Shown: piece by piece, positions 25,074-37,735 of the stretch
How positions within the stretch are numbered: the stretch's first letter is position 1
How the letters are laid out: each line of letters opens with the position of its first letter
Assembly: GCF_018350175.1 (NCBI RefSeq)
Contig: NC_058368.1
Span: forward strand, 182,282,001-182,346,000
Length of the DNA stretch: 64,000 bases
Source: Felis catus
Lineage: Eukaryota
Reading direction: 5' to 3'
Made by a program: the position numbers and the translations under genes
The notes under the pieces: model-generated
Databases searched by the model: none
What the model was told of the DNA's origin: nothing
Seen by the model: only the letters and a program-made list of their open reading frames with translations

Positions 25074-25679
25074 AGGAACAACTTTATTGTTTACCCATTT
25101 CTAGTACCTTTTTATTTTAATAAATAAATCTTAAGGGGGTAGACATCTGCATATACTGAAAATCAATCTCTAATTGTGGATTTCAGATATTGATAAGGAG
25201 AGACATTTTGAGGTAGGAAATATTGGTACATTCCTTTCAAGACATCTTGGACCAAAGCCTGCTGGTAAAACTGGATCATAATGATAGCTAACATGAAAAT
25301 AAGATAAAACTAAACCCTGACATCCCATGACTATGTAAACTACCCACATGACATGCTTTCATGCTGAGAGAAATAACAAATCTTAAAAAAACAAAAAACA
25401 AAAAAACAAAAAAACCCCAAAAAACTTCAAATGGTTGTACAAAATATAAGCTTCATCATTAGGAAGCTGAGAGAAAAATCCGCCAAGCATTTCATTATTA
25501 TGACTTCTGGTGTGTTCCATTACAACTGTGGCGGATGGCTTTAGGGGCCACACATGGCTTTTCCATGTGAGCTTTTCAGGGCACACCACTGCCTCTAAAG
25601 AGAACACAATTATTGCTCCCATGCAGGTTTTCTGAACACCACCTATGAATGTGGAACACAACCATTCAAAGAAAGTTTG

Positions 25680-25960
25680 AGGCGCTTCTCCACCAGATTT
25701 GTGAGCTGCTTAGTATAATAGAGCCACCTGCCAAAGGTGAAGGCCTACTTTCCAATGAAAAGATAGTCTACAAATGATGGCTGCCCAGGAGCTGTGTTCC
25801 GCATGCAGCCGGAGCACAAACGGCCCGCCCAAGACACCGCCCCCTGTCATCTTCTTTCTCCTGAGTCAGCAGGGACCAGAATGCACAGGGATCCTGTATG
25901 TGCCAATTATCAAAGAGCACAGATTTGTCGATGCTACTTCCTACCGGCTCACAAAAAAGG
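25680..25960. promoter_or_regulatory. Candidate enhancer/promoter with GC boxes and a MARE/AP-1 site
   Basis: ggcccgccc 25822-25830, ccgccccc 25837-25844, tcctgagtcagca 25859-25871 and a local CpG cluster. Confidence 0.4.
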
Positions 25961-28756
25961 AGCTCTCAACAAGAGGGACAGGGAAAGGTATATTTTGAAG
26001 CCCTTTTTCCTGGAGGACTTCAGAACACATCCCAGCACTGTGAATAAATTCTAAGGCGCTAAGGTACTAACAATAGCCTCTGTTGGGTAAACTTAGGACA
26101 GCAATCAGAAGAAAAAAAAAAATCCTAAATCCTACCTTCATCTATGATTAATATGAGTTACTGGCAGCTGATTGGCAATGACAAATCAAGACAAGTACCC
26201 GGGAGATGATATAACCCTGTATTACACACTCACTGACTTTCTTTTAATTTTCTGAAAGCAGTATGACATTTTATCATTTCACTCTGTTTTTGATGTTGAT
26301 GGGATGTGCATGTTTTATATGCCTCATGTCTTCCTATGGAACCACCAATTTTATCAGTCAATTGGTAATGCATGAGTTATCACAAGTGGAATCTGGAAAT
26401 AATTCCATCATTATCTTGAAACACTTGCATTTCAGGAAAAAAAATGATATAACAGCAGTTATAATACTGAACTTAATATTCAAATAAATATAAAATGTGA
26501 AGATGTCTTAGAACACACTGCTTCATTGAATCTTGCCTCTTCCCACCCTTCAGAAAAATCTGCTGAGAATACATTAGGAATCTCTAGGAACTCATTCTAT
26601 TGTGATGTCAGTCAATGCTACAGTTAGACTATTATGTTGTAATTTTACTGGACACAAAATCAAACATGATTAAATACACTTTTGAGTTTTTTGTAATGAT
26701 GATTACCATTATGATTGTGGCCAACCTGAATGGTATCCGCTAGAGTCACGCAGTGAGATATCTTAGCTATCCATGTCACTTACTCTTGGGTGAGCCTGTA
26801 GGTATTAGCCAGTACTCCTCCTCAACACATTTCAGCTGTTTTGAAATGTGGCAAAACCATGACTCTTTAGGGCTCCTATTAAAATAAATGCTGCTAGAGA
26901 TAGCAATTATTGGGGTCTATGTGTCTGTGTGTCTGTGTGCGTACATTCATTCCCCTACTGAGTTATAAAACCATAATTCTTTGCATTAATACTGAGTTTT
27001 TAGAACCTCAGTAATATATCCATTGCTAAGACAGCACACAATGGGAGTCTTATATGTGAGTAAAAAATGTTGAATAAAGATTAGCCTTGCTTTAAGCAGC
27101 ATTACAAATATCTGATTCTGCATTTATTTTTCAATGGTTTATAGTTACTCTTTTATTCTGTACTCTGCATGAGACTTCTATTTGACCCTAGATTGCTCAT
27201 TATTACAAGAAACACAACATAAAAGCCTACCTTTCTGGATTCTAATATCCACCAGTAAAACCCTGGAGTTTTATAGAAATAGATACAGGTATTGATTTCT
27301 CTCCATAAAGATCATAGGGAATTCATGACTTCTTGGGCACTTTTAATTAGCATAAAACATGCTTTGTTGAGTGAAATGCTGGGTCTCTGAATCTTTAAAG
27401 AGAAATTATTATAGCCATACTAGAAATATAATAATCCAGGGAGCCTAGGTGTAACTTTTTTCTCTTAAAAAAAATATGCTCCTGAACTCTTTATGCTGAA
27501 GTTAGGCTGCAAAATACTTTTCATTTTTTTCCCATGGTATTGCATTTAGTTTTTCTGTACATTTAAACCATGTCTACAATTGATTGAATGGTTCAAAGCA
27601 ATACAATGTTATTATAAAGCTTTTGCAAGGCTGTGGTGATGTTTTGTTCTGCCCTTGTACATTACTTGTCAGTGTGGAAAATGTACCAGTATAAACACTG
27701 AGATCTTAGCAGAATAGAGAGGTTGTTTCCAAATGTGTGCCCAGCACAAAGAAAGATTTCACACTGAATTTGAAACTATAAGTCTCATTTTGATAAGAAG
27801 GCTCCCTATTTTATGGTAGCAAACACACCAATACAAGTCACTTGTCACTCATGACCACTGGTTACTTTGAAATTCCGTATATATGTCAAGGAAGCATCAT
27901 CTTTGAGAAGTGACTAAAAATTTTCCTCTGATACAATTAATTAAGGTAGACACACTTCCCTCAGATTTATAACCTTAACTCTATTAGCAATTACTGCAGG
28001 CCTTAAGTGACAAGCAGTCTTAGTTGAACAGCACAGTGTTTTCCAAAGACTCAACTGGAAGATTAATTTTAGTTACTAATAACATTTGAGACACATTGCA
28101 TGCAGAACATTCCCTTTTCTAGTCTTTCAAGGCTTCACATTACATCAAAGAGGAAAAAACTTTGTTTGGAGCCATATATCTTTAACATGTCTTTAATACT
28201 TCACACTCTCTCTGTTTAACAAAGAAAAGGCCTTAGGCTCAGAATTTTTAGCAGAGAACAGTATCTAACTAGAATTTAATAATGCCAGTTTGTTTTTGGT
28301 TTTTGATCGGGGGGAGATATACTTAAAGTTATCTTCTAGTCATAACAACTGATATATTTTAAGATAAAATTAAGTTTTCTAACATATTAAATTAAAAAAT
28401 ATATATAAAAACAGGTAAGAGAGTTTAAGAATATCTTGTAAATATTACAAAACAGGTAGCATGCTCTGATATGATACCTTTTTGGAGGTTGTATGTAGTG
28501 GAAACCAGATATGCTAAAGTCAAGAAAGTGGTACAATTATGCCTGCTACATGGAGAAAACATGGTGTAACCAGTGTCACATATTTAAATGCCAAATGAAT
28601 CAATTGTCTTCTCTGTATCGTAAGGATGAATGTGGACAGAGGTTGATAACCTTTTGTGAGCTTGCAGAGAGACCAGCTGAAGCTGATCCAGAAGGCTTTA
28701 TGGCATGTGGAAGTGAGAATAAGTTTTAGATATACAGGGGAAATCTGGTGCCATAG

Positions 28757-28915
28757 AGTAGTGCTCTGCAAATTTAATATGCATTTAATGTAAATCTCCT
28801 GGGGATCTTGTTAATATGCAGATTTCAATTTAGTAGGTCTGGGATGATGCCGGAGATTCTGCATTTCTAATAGGATCTGAGAAGAGGTCCCTGCTTCTGG
28901 TCTAGAGTAGCAAGG
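28757..28915. mobile_element. MER5A-family MITE
   Basis: cctggggatcttgttaatatgcagatt...gtaggtctggga...gagattctgcatttctaa...gagtagcaag. Confidence 0.85.
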
Positions 28916-29944
28916 AACACAGAGTTTAACCCTGAATTCCTGGTAATTTTTATCGGAGAGCAGTTGAGAACATAAAAGAGTTTGTTTGTTTTTGGTTTAT
29001 TTTGCTTTTGCTTCTGTTTTTGTTTTTGTTTTTGATACATGCATTGGAGATAGGCCAGCAAGAATGGGGTGAGTTTGTAACGACTACCTGGATTTTGTGG
29101 ACTAGACCTCTATATTATAATTCAATGGAAGGGTATCACAACATTGTAATAGAAGGTTATATCCACCCCTAAAGAAACAGACTGCTTAAACAGGAGGCAG
29201 AGGAGGGGTAAATGTCATGAAGATATACATTCATATGGAAATCCCCAGACCTGAGGGCAGGAGCATATGGATTAGGACAAATGAAGAACACAGAAGTGCT
29301 ATCTTTATGAGAGTACACTGGGACACACGGAGGAAATGTATGGTGTATTACCAGACACAGATTGTAAAATCAGTGCAGAGAAAAGACAGAGTAGTGATGG
29401 GGATTTCAACTCTCCAGACATCTGCTGGAAGTCTCATTTGGTTAACAGCAGAATGTCTAACAGGTCCTTGACTTGCTTTGCTAACAGCTTCATTTCCCAG
29501 AGGAGAAAATTTCCTGGGGGAACTGCCATCCTGTACTCATTTCTGGCCAACCAGGAAGAATTAGTTGGCATTTCAACAGTGCTAAGTAATTTCGGAGTGA
29601 GACATCATATCATTTCAGAGTTCATGATAGGTTGGGAGAGAAAAGATAGTCGTATATATTATAATTTATTCAATTGGATTCCAAACAATTTGGAGATACT
29701 TGACATGAGATCTTTGGAAGGAAAATTATACCAGCTCTTAAAACTTCAGTTTGGGCTGTGTAATACCAAATGATATAGAGGAGAATGAAAAGGAGGAGGT
29801 ACCCAGAAATCATTGTGAATACCTAGGGAACACTTTAGTGGCGAAAGATAGACTTGTATTGTATAAGAAGTCATTGCTCATTACTGGAAATAGTCTCTTT
29901 GTAGAGGGAATTTAACACACCAATGCGGTTGGATGACCTGAGCT

Positions 29945-30352
29945 TACCATCTCTGGTCTAGCTTCACTGAAATAGTTTTGTACCTCCATAGCACCATGCT
30001 CTCTCCAACCTCCAGAGTCTCCTGCATGCTGTTACCTCTTTTGAGAACACCCCTACTTGTTGAATGGTTAATTTCAACTCATCATTTGGTGTCAGCTTAA
30101 GAATAAGGGTTGGTGTTCCCAATAGCTTAGATTCCCCCAAATGGCCCACATTTCCACATGGAAATTTTATATGTCACATCTTCTCTAGCTATTTTATATG
30201 TCACATCTTTTTAAAATTTTATATGTCACATCTTCTCTAGCTATTGTTGGGTTCAGGGATTTTGTCTAATTTGTTCCCAGTGAATTCCTAGCATCTAATC
30301 AATGTCTGTCATATATAGGTACTCAATAAGTGTTTGTTTTATGAATGAATAA
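29945..30352 (+). mobile_element. L2 3' region
   Basis: Ends taggtactcaataagtgtttgttttatgaatgaat. Confidence 0.65.
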
Positions 30353-30457
30353 GATTAAGTATATATTACTCTAACCCCTGAAGATCAAGCCCTATATCTT
30401 ATTAGCATTGACATTCCTCTTGGGTTTTAACACTGTTTCTTATACATAGAATATTTT

Positions 30458-30657
30458 CATTATTATTTTTTTTTGAGAGAGAGAGTGTGCATGAAAGAAG
30501 GGAAGTGTGCAAGGCAGAAGGAGAGAGAAAGAATCTTAAGCAGGCTCCAAGGTCCGTGTAGAGCCTAATTTAGGGCTTGATCCTACAACCCTGGGATCAT
30601 GACCTGAGCTGAAATCAAGAGTCAGCTGCTCAAGTGACTGACCCACCCAGATTCCTC
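30458..30657 (-). mobile_element. Older Can-SINE (SINEC_b/old-like)
   Basis: gaatcttaagcaggctcc...gggatcatgacctgagctgaaatcaagagtcag. TSD agaatatttt at 30448-30457 and 30658-30667. Confidence 0.9.
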
Positions 30658-31630
30658 AGAATATTTTAATTTTTATTTGTTGAGTTGACTTATCCTATTC
30701 CTTCAGCTCCCTAATGCTTCCCCTTTTCCCCTTTTTAGTTATTCCCTTAAAAGGAAATAAAGATGATAGATGAACATATTAGTTTATTCCTTAACTCCTC
30801 CTCCTTTCATCACAAATATAAGATTATTAAATAAAATATAAATAAGAAAAAGTAAAAAGACATAACCATGGCCCAAAGATGAACAATTTGAAGACTGGAC
30901 ATAAAAAAAAAAAACCTCAGTGTTAACTAAGACTGACTTCTCCCAAAGTCTCCTGGGTTTTGGGTCTCAGAAGAGAAGAGGTAAAGAGCATGTATATGTG
31001 AGATAGTGGGGGTTAAAATTTCCTCATACTTCATACAGACTGAACCCAGGTTCATTTTTAAAGACCACAGGCTGAAGCACCCCTTTTGTTCCTGGAAAAT
31101 AAAATGTGATTGAGTGATGCCCGCAAGTTAAAGGTTTATATGAGGCTAAATTAAAAGGATAACAACAGGCACAGTCTGTCGGTCTGTCTGTCTGTCTCTC
31201 TCTCAGTCAAACCTGGGCAGGCTACACACCAGTTTGATGATTGGATTTGAATCCCACAGGATAGGAATCCTAAGCTACAACTATGAGAGTATAAGGACTT
31301 GGTTTGGGACCATGTGGTTCATGGAGTCTATCTGAGGGCTGAATGCTGTAAAGAGGTTTCCACTGAAGAGAAACTTAAAGCCAAACTTCTGAAACTAATT
31401 GGGAAATGTAGCAACATGCAGTATCACAAAATTGACAATGAGGTGATTCATTCACCTCATGTAAATGGAAATGACTGAACAGTCTACAAAAAGTGACTTC
31501 AAACTGAATGTGTTTACGATCTTTCAAGATAAATGAAGAAATGACTCCCAAAATATGGAACAGAATTTTTTTTTTAATTTAATGTGCAGAGGAAATAAAA
31601 ACAGGTGGGAATTTAAAAAAAGTACCATCT

Positions 31631-31843
31631 GGGGGCGCCTGGGTGGCGCAGTCAGTTAAGCGTCCGACTTCAGCCAGGTCACGATCTCGCGGTCCAGGAG
31701 TTTGAGCCCCGCGTCAGGCTCTGGGCTGATGGCTCAGAGCCTGGAGCCTGTTTCTGATTCTGTGTCTCCCTCTCTCTCTGCCCCTCCCCCGTTCATGCTC
31801 TGTCTCTCTCTGTCCCAAAAATAAATAAACGTTGAAAAAAAAT
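31631..31843 (+). mobile_element. Young SINEC_Fc-type Can-SINE
   Basis: CpG-rich body of the same subfamily as the copy at 2126. TSD tttaaaaaaagt(a/g)ccatct at 31612-31630 and 31844-31862. Confidence 0.97.
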
Positions 31844-31892
31844 TTTAAAAAAAGTGCCATCTAATGTTATTGAAATAAAAAAAACAGTCATT

Positions 31893-32003
31893 GGGGTGCC
31901 TGGGTGGCTCAGTCAAATACCCAACTCCTGACTTCTTCTCAGGTCATGATCGAGCCCTGCATCAGGCTCCATGCTGGGTGGCTGGGTGTGGATCCTGCCT
32001 AAG

Positions 32004-32045
<42 letters not shown>

Positions 32046-32109
32046 TCTGCCCCCACCCCATACTTGCACTTGCACCCATGCATGCCCATGAACGCCCTCC
32101 CCAACCTCC

Positions 32110-32144
<35 letters not shown>

Positions 32145-32169
32145 GAAAAGAAAAGAAAAGAAAAAAAAC
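31893..32169 (+). mobile_element. Older Can-SINE with (CT)n and (GAAAA)n tail
   Basis: ggggtgcctgggtggctcagtc head. TSD acagtcattg at 31884-31893 and 32170-32179. Confidence 0.9.
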
Positions 32170-32199
32170 ACAGTCATTGATTTCAATCAAGGAAAACAC

Positions 32200-32758
32200 C
32201 TATCTAGTGGGGGAGCTGAAACAATAAACAGGTAATTATACAACTAGGTGGTAAATGCAGTTATGGAGATAAGTGAACAGCATGACCAAAGCCTCAACAC
32301 AGCAGCCCTAATTTGCCTGATCCTTGGATGGAAAGGAGATCAGAAAAGCAGATGTGGTTGAACTGAGTCTTTAAGGAAGAAGAGAAAATAGCAGATAAAG
32401 ATATTTTTTGCCAGAGATAGAATAAGCAAGGCCAGAAACGGTGTATAGAGGACCTAAAATCAGTTCAGTGCTATTGGAGCAAAAAGTTTAAGTGAGGAGG
32501 GTGACAAATAGTGCTGTGGAGACCAAATTATGAAAGACCTTTGATGCTATGTTTGAAAGCCCAGATTTTATCTTGTGGTAGACAGAGCAGTCATTGGAGG
32601 GTTTAAATGTAAGGTCTAACATGCTCTGATTTATTTTTGAGAGGGGTTGCTTTTAATGGCTGGGTGGAGGATAAATCAGAAGGGACCAGTAAAATCAGGG
32701 TCAGGGAAATTAGACAGAAGCCTGCTCTAATAGCCCAGTTTAGAAGTGATGATGAGAA
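32200..32758 (-). mobile_element. L2 fragment
   Basis: Antisense L2 motifs (ttgaactgagtcttt, cagtcattggagggttt, ctgatttatttttgag). Confidence 0.65.
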
Positions 32759-32764
32759 GAACCT

Positions 32765-32846
32765 TTTCTTATTCACCTTTGCACTCCCAGCACTCAGCCC
32801 AGAGCCTGGCACAAAGTAGGTGCTTAAATCATGTCTGAATAAGTGA
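32765..32846 (+). mobile_element. L2a 3' end
   Basis: cccagcactcagcccagagcctggcacaaagtaggtgcttaa. Confidence 0.7.
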
Positions 32847-34317
32847 TTTTGTTCAGCTTGAAATCAAATAATTTCCCAAAATAATAAAGATGAAGTCATC
32901 ATTACTCATAGATCCATAGTCAGAAGCAGCGTGCCTATAGATGGATCAGCAGGAATCCTGACCAACGTAAACCCTTTGCATGGGTTTCAGAAAGATAGCT
33001 GGATGATATCTTGTTCTAAGTGATTCATTTTAATCACATAGTCCTGGAGATAAACTGGCCATTGGCAAAGGCTTGCAATGATATTTGTCATGACAGGATC
33101 TGAGCTGTGTCCAGAATTTCTGTGTGATTAGACAAATCCCATGCCAAAGGATCAAAGGAGCATTCCAATCCTCATTATAACACTAGTGTGAGGAAATTAG
33201 TGGGAGGAAAACACATTTGATTTAGAGGGCAGTGAAAAAGCTTACAACAAGATAAATATGTATAGTGATATAAACACTCTGCATGTACAGCACATGTTCC
33301 TGCCTTTGGAATTACATGGGTTTCTTTACTGCACCTAACTGTTGGCATGCAGCAAATATAAAATATTAGCAATAAAAACCACATTCTGCATGTGCTTAAT
33401 GTCTATCAATAAGGCTATGACTCTTAAATTCCCTTAAGCTTTTTTCCATTAGAAGCAGTAAATTAAATATATATTCAAACAAATTAAATGCTGCTAACAG
33501 CTTTTCTAATTTGTAAACACTTGCATAAACATGAGCTTTATCAAATGCTTAACTAATCTGAAATGCCAACTTAAAAAGTGAAGTAATGAACAATAAGCAT
33601 ATTATCACCTTAGGATGTTATTCCATCTGGGTGCTTTTTACAAGAAATTTAAAGGTATGTTTTCCATATAAACTAGCTCAAGTTGTAAGAAATCAATCAG
33701 CTCTCAGGAATTAAGAATAGTTTGGAGTTGACCAAGGTTGGTTAGTTTTCCGAATAAAGTATTTAATGAAAAAGAAAATCGCATAGGCTTTTAATAAGCA
33801 AGTAGCTTTTAAGTCAATGAAAGCAAGGTCTAGATTTTATGCTTTTGAGTTTTCATTTATTGCAAAAACCATTTTGCTATAATTTGAGTAGCAAACAATT
33901 AATTTGCATGACTCGAACTATAATTTTTTAAACTTAGAGTTTATATCAGTCCTTGTTTTAAATCTATTAGCAAATACTCCATTTTAATATTCTTCTGTAA
34001 TTATTGCTTTTCAAGAAACTCTTTGATGTCATGTATGATACATAAAAGGTAAGAGTTGCTGCTTTTGATAATCGATCCTTCATTTGCTATCATTGGACAC
34101 ATATCCAGCACTCAAAAAACACTCAAATTAAGTACTAGGCAAGTGAATAACTACATAGATATGAGAGTTACCAGAAAAGGGAAACCCGTCCTGTATAACT
34201 GTTTTTGTTAAATGGAAGTTGTAAATAATATTGCAGTGGCCAACATATCTACGAGAACCTTCAACTTTATTACCCAAGTCATGAGGAAATCCGCAAAATA
34301 CTATTAAGCAAAGGATT

Positions 34318-34500
34318 ATACAAGTTTAAAGCTCAAATGGACCTTAGAAATATCTGCTCTAAATTCACCCATCTTACAGATTGTGAAACTGAGCTCCAGA
34401 GAATGGAATCAGGCTACTCAAAGATACAATGATTAATGATAGAGGTAGGCTTGAGACAGACTTCCCCCTTTGCTAAATCATCCATTGTTCTTTCCTAACA
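34318..34500 (-). mobile_element. MIR3/MIR relic
   Basis: ggaccttagaaatatc...catcttacagattgtgaaactgagctccagaga. Confidence 0.65.
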
Positions 34501-34599
34501 TACTGAGCACTACAATGCCCTACCATTCCTTGAACCATGGTTCTATCCTGAGATGCAGATAACCATCTTTCTGGGGCAGTCTTTTGGCATTTGTGCTCC

Positions 34600-35120
34600 T
34601 TCCTAATAGCAGTACAGCATAGACCAATCTCCCCAGCCCACTGACAAGAATGCTATGTAGGACATAATCAGAAGTCTCAATGAAATCGAGGTAGATTACA
34701 TCTATTACTTCCCCTTTATCTCAAGGCCTGCCACTCTATCCTAGAAGAAAATTAAGTTGGTTTGGCATGATTCACTCTTCACAAAACCTTGGTTGCTTCT
34801 CAGAACTCTGTTCCTCTCTAGGGGCTCAAAATATGATTTTCTGGCGGGGGGGGGGGGTGGGAAGGTAATTTCTTTTAGTACCTTCTTGATTGTTACCACT
34901 AAGCTGGGCAATCTGTAATTAGCTGGGTGCCTCCTTTCCAAACACCTATTTTTTTAAGGCAAGGCCTAAATGTAATCTTTTCTTTTGGAATTATCTTTGC
35001 CTTTTAAAAGTTCTAGCAATTAATAGGAGGATATTCTGCAACACTATTCATCAGTTTCTGAACATGTAGAATCCATGTCATCAGACCCTACTGATTTTAA
35101 ACATGCAATGAGTTGTAAAG
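34600..35120 (-). mobile_element. L3/CR1 LINE reverse-transcriptase relic
   Basis: The minus strand reads ANYRLPSLVVTIKKVLKEI...NQGFVKSESCQTNLIFF*DRV, then after a frameshift DKGEVIDVIYLDF. These are the CR1 RT motifs NYRPVSL, QHGF..SCLTNL and VDVVYLDF. Confidence 0.85.
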
Positions 35121-35566
35121 TATCTTCAAATGTTGTCTGTCTTTATATCCTATGGCTTCTTCATTTTTCTTTCATTTTGACTTTCTTGGCAGCACTTTTC
35201 TGATTTTCTGCCTCAAAAAAATTTTTTTTTTCTTAAAGACAGACATGAAAATCCAAAACAAAACAATGGAACCTCTGTGTTTTTTGTTTTAGTTTTTCTT
35301 TTTTTTTTTTCCTCATTTGTCTGTCATCAAATTTATCTCCCTTCCTGTTAGCACCTGATGTTTTGCTTGAGTCTGTTTGCTTTATAGAACTGAGGAATCC
35401 TCTAGCATCGCTTCTACTTTTTTTAAAAAAAAATTATTCTTATGTGTGGAGAATCTCACCTCCCATTGCTGAAGAACGAACAGTCTCAGCACGCCCCTCT
35501 TTCTCCCAGGATACCATTTGCCTGACCATATGGCTCCACAGGCACAAAGAAGGAGCCAAGACCAAT

Positions 35567-35930
35567 TCCTTCACTCATTCATTTACTCAGTGAGCATAAC
35601 AGAGCACTTACTGGCATGCACCAGGCTCTGCTGTAGGCACAGGGGATACGGCTGTGAAATGGACAAGGTTGCTTCTCTCATAGAGTTTATTTTCTACCGG
35701 AAAATATAGGCAAATCCAGTAATAAACAAATACTAGAATTACACTTAGTGTAATCCCCATGAAATAATTAAGACAGAGTAATAAGAGTGAATGGAGATGT
35801 GGTGTGTGATCAAATACATTTGGAGAGACTTCAAAGCTAAGAAGGAGCTAGCTATGTGAAGAAGGTACAAGAGCGTCTTAAGCAACAGAAACCAGCAGGC
35901 ACAAAGCCTTGAGGAGGATAAGAACAGACA
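35567..35930 (-). mobile_element. L2a 3' region
   Basis: cactcattcatttactc...gagcacttac...ccaggctctgctgtaggcacaggggatac. Confidence 0.75.
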
Positions 35931-36267
35931 GTGTGGGTCTTTGGTTCAGAGTCCAAATCAAGGATGACCTTTGTCATTATAATAATGAGACACTTCTCAT
36001 CCTTACAGCCATTTCAGAGTACCCTCATGGGGTTCCCTCTATTCTGACTACCCTCTCTTCTGGGTGACCCAGGTCTCAGGCAAATCCATCTGGAAATTCT
36101 TTTTGTGGTACCCAGTGAGAAGTATTGGTTTACCTCTACTTGAAGCAAGAAATAACTGGTAGAATGAATAGTTTGGGAAATTTGGTGCTCCATTCCACCT
36201 TTTATTTTTTCCTCTTTCTTGTAACCTCAGAAAAATCACTTCGCAAAATATAATTCCAAAATTTATT

Positions 36268-36293
36268 ATCATCATCATCATCATCATCATCAT
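36268..36293. repeat. (ATC)n microsatellite
   Basis: Direct read. Confidence 0.95.
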
Positions 36294-36309
36294 TACTTTA
36301 CTTTCAGTT

Positions 36310-36405
36310 AGCAGAGTATTTCTCAACCTCAGTTCTATTGATACTCTGCGTTGCAAATTTTTTTTTGGGGGGGCGCAGGTATCCAGCATCTTGCAGGATG
36401 GTTAG
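36310..36405 (+). mobile_element. MER20-like MITE 5' part
   Basis: tttctcaacctcagttctattgata...tgcaggatggttag. Confidence 0.6.
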
Positions 36406-36467
36406 GGATGAGGTAGGGAGAGAGGGAGGGAGGAGGAAGGGAGGAAGAGAGCAAAGAGACAGCTGCT

Positions 36468-37735
36468 GATGTTTAGAACCTAGCCTGATACTTAGACCTA
36501 GACCATGTTATTCTCTTAGACATAAAATTCTCACAGAATACCAACCTCAAAACTGGTTACTCTGAGACCAAGATAAAGTTAGACAAAGCAAGGCCACTTC
36601 TTAATTTTGTCTAAGAACAGACAAAAACAAGTTCCCTTTATCATCTACAAAATACCAAATGCCTACTCTCTTGGCCAAAATGCATGACGGCTACTTCTTT
36701 ACCAACTGCAGATTTATCCTTCTGCTAGTCTCTCCTCCTCTATATAATCATATGTGGAATTTAAGAAACAAAACAGATGAACATATGGGAGGGGGAAAAG
36801 AAGAAAAGAAAGAGAAAAATTAGACAAGGAAACAAACCATAAGAAACTCTTAATGATAGAGAATAAACTGAGGGTTGCTAGAATTAGGTGGGTGGGACAT
36901 GAACTAGACAGGTGATGGGTATTAAGGAGGGCCCTTGTCCTGTTGAGCACTGGGTGTTATATGTAAGTGATGAATCACTGAATTCTACCCCTGAAATCAA
37001 TATTGCACTATTGCATTTAACTAAAAAGAATTTAACTAAAAAATGAAAAGAAAAAAAATCAAATTATACAAATTAAAAAAAAAAGATTTATTGAGATACC
37101 CAATCTTAGAACTACCTCCACCTTCTGACAGCATCTAATCTAGAGCAAATACCTCCTTCTTAGGCCTTTCTTACATCACCCAACCAAGACCCAAATCCTA
37201 CACAGGTCCAAAATAGAGCATTCCTATAAACAAATTTTTTAAGGCAAAAGAACATGAAACGATGAAGCATTTACCAATAATTTATATGGCAAAATTTTGA
37301 GTGTTCCTAGACACCCAAGCCTCTCTTAGGCTTTCCCGATACCTTAGGACACATCTTGCTAACAGATGCACAAAATAAATCAAGGCAAACCACAGATGCT
37401 CACGGACACAGTTCAAAGCTATGGTGGCTTGATGTTTCGAGGCAAAGTGTAGCTCCTGGGGAAGGAGCGTGACAGGGCCACTCACTGCTCAGGGTGCAAA
37501 CTGTCTCTGAAACAGCTCACTGTAAAACAAACACTGAACGTTCTTTTTGCTTTTCACCTTTTTCTGTAAAAGTGAAAATCCTCTGGGGATTTCATTGGGC
37601 TAGCAAAACCAGGTACTGATGTGGGTCTTTCATAAAAGTGAAGTAGCATAACACAAACTTTCGAAAAGTGAGAGATACTTGCGATTGGTTCTTTTTTAAC
37701 ACCCTCTTACTAACGCAGCCATTTATCATGGTTGA
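36468..37735 (+). mobile_element. MER90-like ERV1 solo LTR with two internal insertions
   Basis: aaggccacttcttaattttgtctaag...ctacttctttaccaa, agatttattgagatacccaatc...cccaaatccta and taacaccctcttact match the recalled MER90a consensus in order. Confidence 0.65.
36748..37084 (+). mobile_element. Carnivore L1 3' end
   Basis: tcatatgtggaatttaagaaacaaaacagatgaacat...gagcactgggtgttatatgtaagtgatgaatcact, then an A-rich tail. Confidence 0.92.

Noticed and set aside
29336..29773. 145-aa ORF
   Set aside because: No recognisable domain, coding-like composition or splice context; length is compatible with chance.
30162..30245. CRISPR-like direct repeats
   Set aside because: Mammalian DNA, adjacent copies without unique spacers, and no cas genes.
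31438..31460. 9-bp inverted repeat atgaggtga-ttcat-tcacctcat
   Set aside because: Expected by chance in 64 kb.
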